Source of the DNA: Methanobacteriota archaeon
GTDB lineage: Archaea > Methanobacteriota > Methanobacteria > Methanobacteriales > Methanobacteriaceae
Reading direction: 5' to 3'
NCBI GenBank assembly: GCA_963787255.1
Contig: CAWBCJ010000029.1
Span: 928,001-992,000, forward strand
Length of the DNA: 64,000 bases
Shown here: positions 1 through 9,689 of the stretch, piece after piece
Layout: every line of letters starts with the position of its first letter
Numbering within the stretch: the stretch's first letter is position 1
Notes under the pieces: generated by a model
What the model saw: the letters and a program-made list of their open reading frames with translations, nothing else
Database searches by the model: none
Told to the model about the DNA's origin: nothing
Position numbers and translations under genes: made by a program

Positions 1-2
1 AG

Positions 3-896
3 AAGGTTCATGGTAAATTAGACGGGACTTTTCCAATGATTTTTGAATACAGCCCGGATATAATCTTGGAAGGTCTAAATGAAATCATGAAGATTGAAAA
101 GGACGAAAAAGTTATTAATCAGCCAGATATTCCACTACCCATCCGTCCCCCAACTTTATGTCCTGGATGCCCGCACAGGGCTGCTTATTATGCTGTGAAA
201 AAGGCAGGTAAGGATCTTGATCTTGACGTGATTTATCCCACTGACATTGGTTGTTACACACTGGGAATTGAATCACCTTATGAAATGGCTGATTACTTGC
301 TTTCCATGGGCTCAAGCATAGGTACAAGCTGCGGGTTTTCAAAATCAGTCCATCAAAATATTGTAAGCTTTATAGGGGATTCTACATTTTTCCATGCAGG
401 TATCCCTCCACTTATAAATGCAGTACATAATAAAGATAAATTTGTGCTTGTTATTTTAGATAATCGGACTACTGCAATGACTGGAGGGCAGCCACATCCT
501 GGATTGCCTTTTGATGGGATGGGGGATTTGGCACCTGAACTTTCAATTGAAAAGATTGTCGATGCAGTTGGTGTGAAGTTTTTAGAAGTAATAAATCCAC
601 TTAATATCAAAAAATCACAGGTAATATTTGAAAAAGCGCTGCAATATGATGGTGTGGCTGTTGTTATTTCAAAATACCCTTGCGTGCTTATTAAAACTGG
701 AAAAAGTAAAAAGCAGACAGTAATGGATGTTGATTCAGATAAATGTGATAAATGTTTGGAATGCCTTAAAAATCTCACGTGTCCTGCAATTTATTTGGAA
801 GATAGTGGGGATGTTCAAATCGACCATGCATACTGTAAAGGATGCACAGTTTGTATACAGATGTGTCCAGAGAAGGCTATTGGAGTTAAAAAGTAA
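3..896 (+). CDS. iorA: Indolepyruvate ferredoxin oxidoreductase alpha subunit (5' part lies outside the window)
   Basis: Frame open from the window start; RPPTLCPGCPH, DIGCY, TPP-binding GDSTFFH..N, MTGGQP and C-terminal 2x[4Fe-4S] motifs. Confidence 0.95.
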   Translation, partial: KVHGKLDGTFPMIFEYSPDIILEGLNEIMKIEKDEKVINQPDIPLPIRPPTLCPGCPHRAAYYAVKKAGKDLDLDVIYPTDIGCYTLGIESPYEMADYLLSMGSSIGTSCGFSKSVHQNIVSFIGDSTFFHAGIPPLINAVHNKDKFVLVILDNRTTAMTGGQPHPGLPFDGMGDLAPELSIEKIVDAVGVKFLEVINPLNIKKSQVIFEKALQYDGVAVVISKYPCVLIKTGKSKKQTVMDVDSDKCDKCLECLKNLTCPAIYLEDSGDVQIDHAYCKGCTVCIQMCPEKAIGVKK

Positions 897-913
897 TTTA
901 GGGAGATTACAAA

Positions 914-1510
914 ATGAAATCATATAACATTTACATCTGTGGAGTTGGAGGACAGGGAATCATTAAAACCTCTATTGTAATTGGTGAAGCAGCTATGAAA
1001 AGCAATTTAGGAGTTGTAATGAGTGAAATACATGGAATGTCTCAGCGTGGGGGAGTTGTATCCACAGAGCTTAAAATCGGCGATTCTAGAAGCTCTATAA
1101 TTGAAGCAGGCAGTGCAGACATTTTAATTGCATTTGAACCAATGGAAGCATTAAGGGCGGTGCCCAAGGCAAGTAAAGATACATATGTTATAATGAATAC
1201 CTCGCCAATCATGCCTTTTAACATACAAGGCAGTGAAATCCCTTATCCTGAAGTTTCATCTATTATAGAAGAACTTCAATCAAAAGTAAAGCGAGTATTT
1301 GCAATGGATGCCGAAAAAATAGCTAAGAACGCTGGACACGTACTTTCACTTAATATGGTGATGCTTGGAGGTGCAGCAGCTGTTTCTGGATTTCCAATAA
1401 AAAAAGAAGTGATCATAGAATCAATGAAGAAAAATTTACCCGAAAAAAGTATTCATGTTAATATGAAATCATTTGAGGATGGGTTTGAATTTGTTTGCTC
1501 AGATAATTAA
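914..1510 (+). CDS. iorB: Indolepyruvate oxidoreductase beta subunit
   Basis: [19 protein letters not shown] and NMVMLG motifs; directly follows iorA. Confidence 0.95.
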   Translation: MKSYNIYICGVGGQGIIKTSIVIGEAAMKSNLGVVMSEIHGMSQRGGVVSTELKIGDSRSSIIEAGSADILIAFEPMEALRAVPKASKDTYVIMNTSPIMPFNIQGSEIPYPEVSSIIEELQSKVKRVFAMDAEKIAKNAGHVLSLNMVMLGGAAAVSGFPIKKEVIIESMKKNLPEKSIHVNMKSFEDGFEFVCSDN

Positions 1511-1815
1511 CTTTAAAATAAAAATTATTTTATTTTTTAAGATTTTTTAGTTAATTCTATGATCAAAACTAATTTTAGACTCTTTGGTTTATTAAAAATG
1601 TTTCAATGGACATATACTATCACGAAAGGACCCATTATGAATTAATATATGTGTATATACTACTTGAATATAATAGAATTACACAAATCCCTTAGAAATA
1701 GTATTGATCAATTTTGAGGGGGGATCATTTCATATCCATTTTTTTTAGGACGTGACCATTATGTTAGTTCAATTTTTTCAACTAAATCAATTAAAGGCAA
1801 AAGGAGGTGAAAAAA

Positions 1816-2229
1816 ATGGATAATAAAATTGTTGCAGTTATAATTGTTGTTTTATTGATTGTTATTGGGGGCGCATATGTTTTAGGAACTCAAAATTCCA
1901 ATATTCCTGTTGTTGTAAATAATACTACTAATGCTACAAAAGATATCAGTAAAGTAACTCACGATCATTCAACTCATAAAAATAATACCAATCAAACTAA
2001 TACAACTGTAAAAATATCTGCCACACAAGCTCAAAAAATTGCTGTTAGTGCTGCTGAAGAATTAGGAGGAGAAAAAGTCAAAGCAGGTGCTCCTGTACTC
2101 TTCAAATGGACTCAAAATAAGCTTCATACATGGGCATGGGATGTACCATTGTTTTATGTGGCTAATGGGACAGATGCAGGCGGATTATATGTAGATGCAA
2201 TGACTGGGGAAGTTATAATGAATGAATAA
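1816..2229 (+). CDS. Membrane-anchored or secreted PepSY-like protein with Asn/Thr-rich linker
   Basis: GGAGGTGA SD before ATG 1816; N-terminal hydrophobic segment; many NxT sequons; ISATQAQKIA and YVDAMTGEVI PepSY-like ends. Confidence 0.7.
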   Translation: MDNKIVAVIIVVLLIVIGGAYVLGTQNSNIPVVVNNTTNATKDISKVTHDHSTHKNNTNQTNTTVKISATQAQKIAVSAAEELGGEKVKAGAPVLFKWTQNKLHTWAWDVPLFYVANGTDAGGLYVDAMTGEVIMNE

Positions 2230-2283
2230 AAAAAATAACTTTCTTCTTCATTTTTTTATTCATAAAAAAAATGAAATAAAAAT

Positions 2284-2716
2284 TTACAAACTGTAAATCT
2301 CATCTGCCGAAATAAGCTCGGCCCCGCCATCCTGCAAGGCCTTAATTCCGTCATCGATATTTTCAGGATGTAAAAGGACGATAGCCATCTCTTTTTTTGC
2401 TTCTACAAAAGCATAAAGATATGAAAGGTTTATATCATTATCATCCAGAACTCCAAGGATTTTACCCAAGACTTCCAGGTTCATCTTCCATTCTAACAGC
2501 GATTACTTCTCCTATTTTAACGATGAAATTATTATCTTCAAGTAATTTTTTAGTCTTTTCTGGTTCAGGGACAATTAATCTTAAGATCCCGAAATCTGAT
2601 GTATCTGCAATGGAAAGAGCTCTTATACTAACTCCGCATTTCTCCAGAACATCCAATGCTTTCTTCATTCTACCTTTACGATTTTCCAAAAAAATGGACA
2701 GTTGCTTTATTTTCAA
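2284..2716 (-). CDS. Double-ACT-domain protein (paaK-associated), split by a +1 frameshift near 2465-2469
   Basis: [35 protein letters not shown] continue as [19 protein letters not shown] in a second frame; removing one base restores a single ORF. Confidence 0.85.
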
Positions 2717-2727
2717 TTTAATTCCCC

Positions 2728-4035
2728 CTAATTATCATCAAATTTCCTTTTATCAATAACCCTTACTGCTTTTCCTTCGCTTCTTGGAAGTGTTTTGGGC
2801 TCAACGAGGTTTACTTTAACCCTTAAACCAATCTCGTTGTGTATGTAATCCTCTATATTTCTTTTTATGCCCACTAATTCTTTTACCTCATCAGAGAAAA
2901 GTTCTGGAGAAGCTTCAACTTGAACTTCCATCACGTCAAGGTGCTGAGGTCGGGTTACAATAATTTGGTAGTGTGGTTCAAGACCTTCAATCTTTAAAAG
3001 AGCTTTTTCAATCTGTGATGGGAAAACAGCGACTCCTCTAATTTTTAACATATCATCTGTTCGCCCAGTGATACGATCCATCTTAATTAAGGTTCTTCCA
3101 CAATTACATTTTTCTTTTCTTAAGGCAGTAATATCTTTGGTACGGAATCGAATAATAGGCATACCGTGTCTGGTTAAAGTGGTTAAAACAAGCTCTCCTT
3201 TTTCACCTTCAGGCTTTGTTTCCAATGTTTTGGAATCAATTATTTCAGGATAGAAATGATCTTCCATAACGTGCAATCCTTCCTGTTCCCTACATTCAAG
3301 CGCAACTCCCGGGCCCATTATCTCGGTTAAGCCATAAATATTATAAGCGGGTGCGTTAAACCTTTTTTCAATTTCCTGGCGCATTTCTTTAGTCCACATT
3401 TCTGCTCCAAAACCAACAGCTTTTAGGTTTAACTCTGCTGTGTCCAAACCTTCTTCTTCTGCAACTTCAGCTAAATAAAGCCCGTAAGATGGCGTAACAA
3501 TAACGATACTTGTATCAAAATCCTTCATTATCTCGATTTGTCGTTTTGTCTGGCCAGTGGAAATTGGAATTACTGTTGCCCCTATATTTTGAGCACCGTA
3601 ATGAACTCCAAAACCGCCTGTAAAAAGACCATAACCGTGTGTATTTTGAATAACATCGTCTTCAGTGGCTCCAAACATGGTTAAACCTCTTGCCATGACC
3701 TCACTCCAGATTTCAATGTCTTTTTTAGTGTATCCTGATACAGTAGGTTTTCCTGTAGTTCCAGAAGAAGTGTGGAGTTCTACAATCTCTTTACGGGGAA
3801 CTGCAAACATTCCAAAAGGATAAGCTTCTCTTAAATCATCCTTCGTGGTTAAAGGGAGCTTTTCTATATCGTTTAGGGTATTAATGTCATCTGGTTTGAT
3901 ATTGTTGTCGTCTAACCGTCTTCTGTAAAATGGAACATTTTCATATGCTCTTTTTACAACTTCCTGTAATCTTTTAAGCTGTAATTCTTCTTTTTTATCT
4001 TCTTCCATGCATTCTGCTTCTTTATTCCAGATCAT
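2728..4035 (-). CDS. paaK: Phenylacetate (aryl acid)-CoA ligase
   Basis: [25 protein letters not shown] and [12 protein letters not shown] motifs; SD supports the MIWN start. Confidence 0.92.
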   Translation of the reverse strand: MIWNKEAECMEEDKKEELQLKRLQEVVKRAYENVPFYRRRLDDNNIKPDDINTLNDIEKLPLTTKDDLREAYPFGMFAVPRKEIVELHTSSGTTGKPTVSGYTKKDIEIWSEVMARGLTMFGATEDDVIQNTHGYGLFTGGFGVHYGAQNIGATVIPISTGQTKRQIEIMKDFDTSIVIVTPSYGLYLAEVAEEEGLDTAELNLKAVGFGAEMWTKEMRQEIEKRFNAPAYNIYGLTEIMGPGVALECREQEGLHVMEDHFYPEIIDSKTLETKPEGEKGELVLTTLTRHGMPIIRFRTKDITALRKEKCNCGRTLIKMDRITGRTDDMLKIRGVAVFPSQIEKALLKIEGLEPHYQIIVTRPQHLDVMEVQVEASPELFSDEVKELVGIKRNIEDYIHNEIGLRVKVNLVEPKTLPRSEGKAVRVIDKRKFDDN

Positions 4036-4371
4036 GTTATCCCCTGAATCCATATATGGAATTATTTAAAATAATGATACTTTGTGTTTAATTATAGAAT
4101 ATATTTCATATTTAATTTAAGAAAAAGGAATTTATAAAATTTGCCATATGATTTTTGCACAAAAAATCTTCTTTCTAGGTATTAATATAGCTAAAGTGAT
4201 GAATATTAATTCGAATTTTCTAAAATGAATGTGGAAATTAAACATAATGGATTAGAAGTTAAATGGTTTGTGCTTAATTTTAACCTATTAATTCATACCA
4301 AATACTGATAATGATTAATAGAATGATTTTTATATAAAATTCAGTTAATAACAATTAATAATGACAGGAAG

Positions 4372-4439
4372 GTCCCTTTGATTAATACTAATCTTTATAT
4401 TTAATATTCCTAAGAGGCATATTAATTTTTTAAAGGGAC
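4372..4439 (+). promoter_or_regulatory. Extended hairpin in the probable 5' leader of the symporter gene
   Basis: GTCCCTTTG (4372-4380) pairs with TAAAGGGAC (4431-4439) and ATTAATA (4381-4387) with TATTAAT (4420-4426); TATA-like TTTATATAAA near 4329-4338 upstream. Confidence 0.4.
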
Positions 4440-4504
4440 TAATGGGATTAAAAAGTTATCTAAGACTTTAAAATTAAGTTAAAAATAATTAGGAGGTAAT
4501 ATTA

Positions 4505-6103
4505 ATGGATTTATTAGCATTAACCATTGTTGTATTAGTTTATCTTATTATGATAGGTTACGTGGGCTACATAGCATGGAAACGTACCAAAAGCGCTGAT
4601 GATTACATGGTAGCAGGGCGTGAAACTCACCCTTACATCATGGCTCTTAGTTATGGTGCCACATTCATCAGTACCGCAGCAATCGTTGGATTTGGAGGAG
4701 TTGCGGCCAATTATGGGATGGGAATTTTATGGCTTGTATTTTTAAACATAATAGTAGGGATATTTATAGCGTTTGTCTTATTTGGAAAACGTACCCGGAA
4801 AATGGGGCATAACCTCAAGGCTCTCACTTTCCCTGAGTTCCTTTCCAGACGTTTTAACAGCAGATTCATCCAGTACTTCTCAGGGGCAGTAATATTTATA
4901 GGTATGCCTTTATACGCTTCAGCAGTGTTAATTGGAATGGCCAGGTTTGTGGAAACCACGCTTCAAATTGATTATAACATTGCACTTATAGTTATGGCCA
5001 TAATAGTGGCAGTTTACGTTATTTTTGGAGGTATAAGGGGTGTAATGTATACTGATGCCCTTCAAGGTACAATCATGTTCTTTGGAATGTTGTTCTTGCT
5101 TATAGCTACTTACTGGCTACTTGGCGGTGTTACAGATGCTAATCAGGCTCTTACAAACCTTGTAAATATCGTTCCTCAAAGTGCAACAGCTAAAGCTACA
5201 GCTACAGGGTTTACGGGCTGGACTTCCATACCCGCATTGGGCAGTCCATTCTGGTGGACACTGGTTTCAAGCCTAATTTTAGGTGTTGGTATTGGTGTTC
5301 TTTCACAGCCACAGCTTGTAGTAAGATTCATGACAGTTAAATCAAACCGTGAGTTAAATAGGGCGGTTATAATTGGTGGAATATTTATATTCATGACTAC
5401 ATTCACAGCTTACGTGGTAGGATCTCTTTCAAATGTATATTTCTTCGATCAAATTGGACAAACAGCAGTTCAAGCAGCAGGAGGAAATCTTGACAAAGTT
5501 ATACCTAATTTCATAGCTGTTGCGATGCCTCTCTGGTTCGCGTACCTATTCATGATTACCTTGCTTTCAGCGGCAATGTCAACCCTTTCAGCACAATTCC
5601 ACGTTCAAGGAACAGCACTTGGACATGATATATACGAAACTTTAACCAAAAGAGTAGGATTATCTTCAGTAATGGTTGCAAGAATAGGTATCGTTGTAGC
5701 AGTTATAATAGCGGTAATACTTGGATTTATCCTGCCCGGAAGTATTGTTGCAGTTGGAACTTCAATGTGGTTTGGTATAACCGCGGCAGCGTTCCTTTCA
5801 ATGTACACGGCTGCGCTCTTTTGGAAAAGAGCAACAAAAGAAGGTGCAATCGCAGGACTTGTATCTGGATCTGTACTTAGCTTATTCTGGCTTGTTTTCG
5901 GTTTTAAGAAATCAGCAGAGGCGCTCGGTATTTGTCAAGCGCTTACAGGTAAAGTAGTTATTATTACAGCAAACCCATGGCCTATTGTAGACCCAATAAT
6001 TATCGCATTGCCTTTAGCAATTATAATGACCATTGTGGTGAGCATAATAACCAAACCCCCAGCTAAGGAACATGTAGATAAGTGCTTTAAAGGAATAAGT
6101 TAA
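4505..6103 (+). CDS. Sodium:solute symporter (SSS/SLC5 family)
   Basis: DYMVAGR, ALSYGATFISTAAIVG, YTDALQG, QPQLVVRF and LSAAMST motifs; many TM helices; AGGAGGT SD. Confidence 0.92.
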   Translation: MDLLALTIVVLVYLIMIGYVGYIAWKRTKSADDYMVAGRETHPYIMALSYGATFISTAAIVGFGGVAANYGMGILWLVFLNIIVGIFIAFVLFGKRTRKMGHNLKALTFPEFLSRRFNSRFIQYFSGAVIFIGMPLYASAVLIGMARFVETTLQIDYNIALIVMAIIVAVYVIFGGIRGVMYTDALQGTIMFFGMLFLLIATYWLLGGVTDANQALTNLVNIVPQSATAKATATGFTGWTSIPALGSPFWWTLVSSLILGVGIGVLSQPQLVVRFMTVKSNRELNRAVIIGGIFIFMTTFTAYVVGSLSNVYFFDQIGQTAVQAAGGNLDKVIPNFIAVAMPLWFAYLFMITLLSAAMSTLSAQFHVQGTALGHDIYETLTKRVGLSSVMVARIGIVVAVIIAVILGFILPGSIVAVGTSMWFGITAAAFLSMYTAALFWKRATKEGAIAGLVSGSVLSLFWLVFGFKKSAEALGICQALTGKVVIITANPWPIVDPIIIALPLAIIMTIVVSIITKPPAKEHVDKCFKGIS

Positions 6104-6190
6104 GTGAATTCCTTTTCTATTTTTATTTTTTAAAATTTAATAAAGAAGAATTATATAACTAATTTAAATTACTAAATTCTGGTTTTAGTC

Positions 6191-7057
6191 ATGAGAAGAG
6201 AACTATTTAAGGTTAAAAAAAGCCATTACAATGATTGGAAAGAAGTATTTAAAAATCCAAAACCAATTACTGTTAGGAGCTTTATTACAGGATATGTAAT
6301 GATAAATAAGCGCGGCGCTTTAAATCCAGACCATCTTGAAGCTAGAAATATTGAAGAAGAACTTTTAAAAGTCCCTGTACTTTCTCACTGGATTCATCAT
6401 GATGAATTTGGAGATTATCTTGTAGATGCCGGTTTAGACAGTTCATATACTGAAGATCCTCATGGAAAAATGAAGGGGTTATTTGCAGGATTATTTAAAA
6501 GGTTCAAAATAGCTACAGACGAATATTTTCAGGAGAAAAATCAAAATATTGCATTTCACATTAAAAAGAATTCTATTAAGCTAAATGGACTTTTTCTTTC
6601 ACATTTACATTCAGATCATGTTGCAGGAGTCCGTGAATTACCTAAAGACATTCCTTACGTTGTTGGAAAAGGCGAAAGATATATTGAACATAAACCTTTC
6701 ATTTATGGTGATTATCTAAAAGGAATTGAAGTTCTTTATGAAATAGACTTTTCTAAAGGATCAAATATGCCTATTTTAGGTCCATGTGTAGATATCTTTG
6801 ATGATGGATCATTTTGGGCTATACCCACTCCGGGACATACTAAAGGACACATTTCATTTTTAATTAATTCTAAAAATGGCCCAGTTTTACTTGCAACTGA
6901 TGCATGTTTTATTAATTTAGGATTTGAAAGAGGAATAGGTTCCAGCGACTACACTGAGGATGTTTTAATGACACAGGCATCTTTAAATAATTTAGTTGAG
7001 TTTAAAAGAGTTTATTCCCAGATTAAAGTGATTTGCGGACATGAAATCTCAAATTAA
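6191..7057 (+). CDS. Metallo-beta-lactamase-fold hydrolase, AHL-lactonase (AiiA)-like
   Basis: YLVDAG, HLHSDH, TPGHTKGH, ATDA and C-terminal CGH metal-ligand motifs. Confidence 0.8.
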   Translation: MRRELFKVKKSHYNDWKEVFKNPKPITVRSFITGYVMINKRGALNPDHLEARNIEEELLKVPVLSHWIHHDEFGDYLVDAGLDSSYTEDPHGKMKGLFAGLFKRFKIATDEYFQEKNQNIAFHIKKNSIKLNGLFLSHLHSDHVAGVRELPKDIPYVVGKGERYIEHKPFIYGDYLKGIEVLYEIDFSKGSNMPILGPCVDIFDDGSFWAIPTPGHTKGHISFLINSKNGPVLLATDACFINLGFERGIGSSDYTEDVLMTQASLNNLVEFKRVYSQIKVICGHEISN

Positions 7058-7307
7058 AGGTTTGCTTGAGTATTTCCGCGTTGAAACCAAAGAAAAATAA
7101 TGAACTTTTGGATACTAATTATTTTTTAATGCAAACCATTAATTTTTTGCACTTTTGAATAATATTATTATTTTTTGCAGCTTTTCACTAAATTTTCATA
7201 TAATAATAAAAATACATATTAAGGATAATAGCAAATTAGTAACTAGATGTTCGTTTAATCCATCATTATTTAATGAATCAATGTAAATAATCAGAGGTAA
7301 GTATAAA

Positions 7308-9341
7308 ATGGAATCAAACAGCATATTTTCACTTAAAGAGTCAGAATATCTCCAAATATTTGAAAATATGGAAGAAGAAATCCATGTTCACGATTTAGAA
7401 CGTGATAAAAAGGGTGAAATTGTAGATCTTATTTTTAAATATATAAATCCGGCATCAACGTTAAATTCGATTATTTCAAGGGATAAAATCATTGGTAAAA
7501 AAGCTTCAGAAATATATAAATCTCCTAATTTGATTGAAAGCGATTTAAAGATAGCTAACGAAGTTGTTTCTAATAATGAAAATAGAAAATTTGAAACTTA
7601 CTTCCCGCATATGGATAAATATTATTTAATCTCAGCATTTTCAATAAATGGACTTTATGTAACTCTTGGAATGGATATTACAAATCAAAAAGAAGCAGAA
7701 GAGAAGATTAAGATACATGCAGACATTTTATCTCAGGTTAAAGATGCAGTAATTGCAGTGGATAATGAAAACCGTATAACATACTGGAATAAAGGTGCGG
7801 AAGACCTCTTTGGTTATAAATTAGATGAAATAAAAGATAAAAAATTTGTAAATACTGTAAATTACCGCTGGCTTACTCCAGAAGATAGGAAAAATGCTTA
7901 TAATCAACTTAAAACCATTGGAAAATGGCATGGGGAGAATTTAAGCACTAGAAAGGATAATAAGGAGATATATATAGAATCTTCAATCAATGCTTTTAAA
8001 GATGACAAGGGAAATTACATGGGAACGGTTTCAATAATACATGACGTCACTGAACCTACTAAAATTAAAAAAGCACTTGAAGAAAATTATAGAAGACTTC
8101 AGGAAGCGCAGCGAATAGGAAAAATTGGAAACTGGGAATGGAACATTAAATCTAATATAATAACATTATCAGATGGTTTATACAGAATTTACGGCATTGA
8201 TCCAGGTGAATTTGTAAAATATGAAACCATACTTGACATGGTAATTCCAGAAGACCAGCAGATAGTAAATGATACTCTTGAAAAAGCTCTTAGAGAACAT
8301 AAACCATTTAAATACGATGTTACAATACGCCGTAAGGATGGAAACTTCAGTGAAATTTCATGTAGTGGTGAAGTGGTCACAGACTTTGCTGGACATCCTC
8401 TTAAAATCGTTTGCGTGGAACAGGACATTACGGAACGTAAAGAAATTGAATACGCACTATGGGAAGCGAAAAATAAACTTGAATCAACTGTTGCAAGACG
8501 TACAAGGGAACTAAATCAGACCAACATTCTTCTTGAAAATGAACTTGAGGAAAGAACAATCGCTGAAGATAAGCTTAAAGAAAGTGAAATAGAGCTTAAA
8601 ACAATGGTTGGAGAATTAAAACGTTCCAATGAGGAACTGCAGCAATTTGCCTACATTACAAGCCATGACCTACAGGAACCGCTTAGAACAATTTCGAGCT
8701 TCACACAACTTCTTGAACGTCGTTATAAAGATCAAATGGATTCTAACGCCGATGAATTTATTGAATATATTGTTGATGCAACTCAAAGGATGCAAGATCT
8801 AATTAAAGACCTTCTTGAATATTCAAGGGTTACTACACGGGGAAAGGAATTTAAATTAGTTAACACCGAAGAAATTCTTCAAAATACCATTTCCAATTTA
8901 CATGCTGCTATTGAAGAAAGCGAGGCTGAAGTTTCCTACGAAAAGCTTCCTAAAATAATGGCCGATGAGGGGCAAATGGGCCAATTATTCCAGAATTTAA
9001 TTTCAAACGCTATTAAATTCAAAAAGCCCGATATTTCGCCTAAAATACACATTTCTGCACGTAAGGATGAAGAAAATAACGAATATATTTTCAATGTTTC
9101 TGATAATGGAATTGGAATAGAAAAGCAGTATTTTGACCGGATTTTTACCATATTCCAAAGATTGCACACACGGGAAGAATATGCAGGTACGGGAATAGGA
9201 CTTTCAATTAGTAAAAAAATAGTTGAACGCCACGGAGGGCGAATTTGGGTGGAATCAGAGCCAGGGATTGGTTCTACATTTTACTTTACGATAAATATCT
9301 TACCAAAAATGAGTAAAATTTCTAAAGAAAGTAAAGATTGA
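7308..9341 (+). CDS. Cytoplasmic multi-PAS/PAC sensor histidine kinase (orphan)
   Basis: PAS/PAC signatures (ITYWNKGAE, GNWEWNI, DITERK), H-box SHDLQEPLR, NLISNAIKF, DNGIGI, GTGIGL; no TM segments. Confidence 0.92.
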   Translation: MESNSIFSLKESEYLQIFENMEEEIHVHDLERDKKGEIVDLIFKYINPASTLNSIISRDKIIGKKASEIYKSPNLIESDLKIANEVVSNNENRKFETYFPHMDKYYLISAFSINGLYVTLGMDITNQKEAEEKIKIHADILSQVKDAVIAVDNENRITYWNKGAEDLFGYKLDEIKDKKFVNTVNYRWLTPEDRKNAYNQLKTIGKWHGENLSTRKDNKEIYIESSINAFKDDKGNYMGTVSIIHDVTEPTKIKKALEENYRRLQEAQRIGKIGNWEWNIKSNIITLSDGLYRIYGIDPGEFVKYETILDMVIPEDQQIVNDTLEKALREHKPFKYDVTIRRKDGNFSEISCSGEVVTDFAGHPLKIVCVEQDITERKEIEYALWEAKNKLESTVARRTRELNQTNILLENELEERTIAEDKLKESEIELKTMVGELKRSNEELQQFAYITSHDLQEPLRTISSFTQLLERRYKDQMDSNADEFIEYIVDATQRMQDLIKDLLEYSRVTTRGKEFKLVNTEEILQNTISNLHAAIEESEAEVSYEKLPKIMADEGQMGQLFQNLISNAIKFKKPDISPKIHISARKDEENNEYIFNVSDNGIGIEKQYFDRIFTIFQRLHTREEYAGTGIGLSISKKIVERHGGRIWVESEPGIGSTFYFTINILPKMSKISKESKD

Positions 9342-9457
9342 GTAAGGTCGTTTTCTTAGATTTGATTAGTATATTATTAAAAATGATTGTTATTAGGTTT
9401 TATTTATAAAAAAAAGAAAAAATTGAATAATTTAATGAATATAAATTTAAAATAAGC

Positions 9458-9550
9458 TTATTCTGCATCCATCATTTCGCCGTGCTCGATTTCTATTTGA
9501 CAGCCTTTAGGGCCGCAGCAGAAGTGCTGTAAGTCTAATTGTACTTGCAT
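9458..9550 (-). CDS. Small Cys-rich peptide, 30 aa: MQVQLDLQHFCCGPKGCQIEIEHGEMMDAE
   Basis: Read manually (below the ORF-track cutoff): GAGGTGA SD just upstream of the ATG, TAA stop, locally higher GC than flanks, oligo-T tract downstream on the minus strand. Confidence 0.75.
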   Translation of the reverse strand: MQVQLDLQHFCCGPKGCQIEIEHGEMMDAE

Positions 9551-9566
9551 TTTTTCACCTCATCAT

Positions 9567-9619
9567 ACTATTGTATAACTAGTAATATATACTTAATGGT
9601 TAGTGAAATATACAATACT
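9567..9619. promoter_or_regulatory. Divergent promoter region with three related 11-mers (putative operator)
   Basis: ACTATTGTATA (9567-9577), AGTAATATATA (9581-9591) and inverted AGTATTGTATA (9609-9619); first and third share a perfect 9-bp inverted repeat TATTGTATA/TATACAATA. Confidence 0.5.
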
Positions 9620-9689
9620 TCTATATAATAATAACTTTTGAGGTCTTGATGGAAACCTTTATTATGAAAAATCACAATAAATTAACACA

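Noticed and set aside
1598-1695. Short ORFs MFQWTYTITKGPIMN and a 29-aa frame after iorB, the first rich in aromatic residues like an attenuator leader
   Set aside because: No SD, located downstream of iorAB rather than upstream of a biosynthetic gene, and expected by chance.
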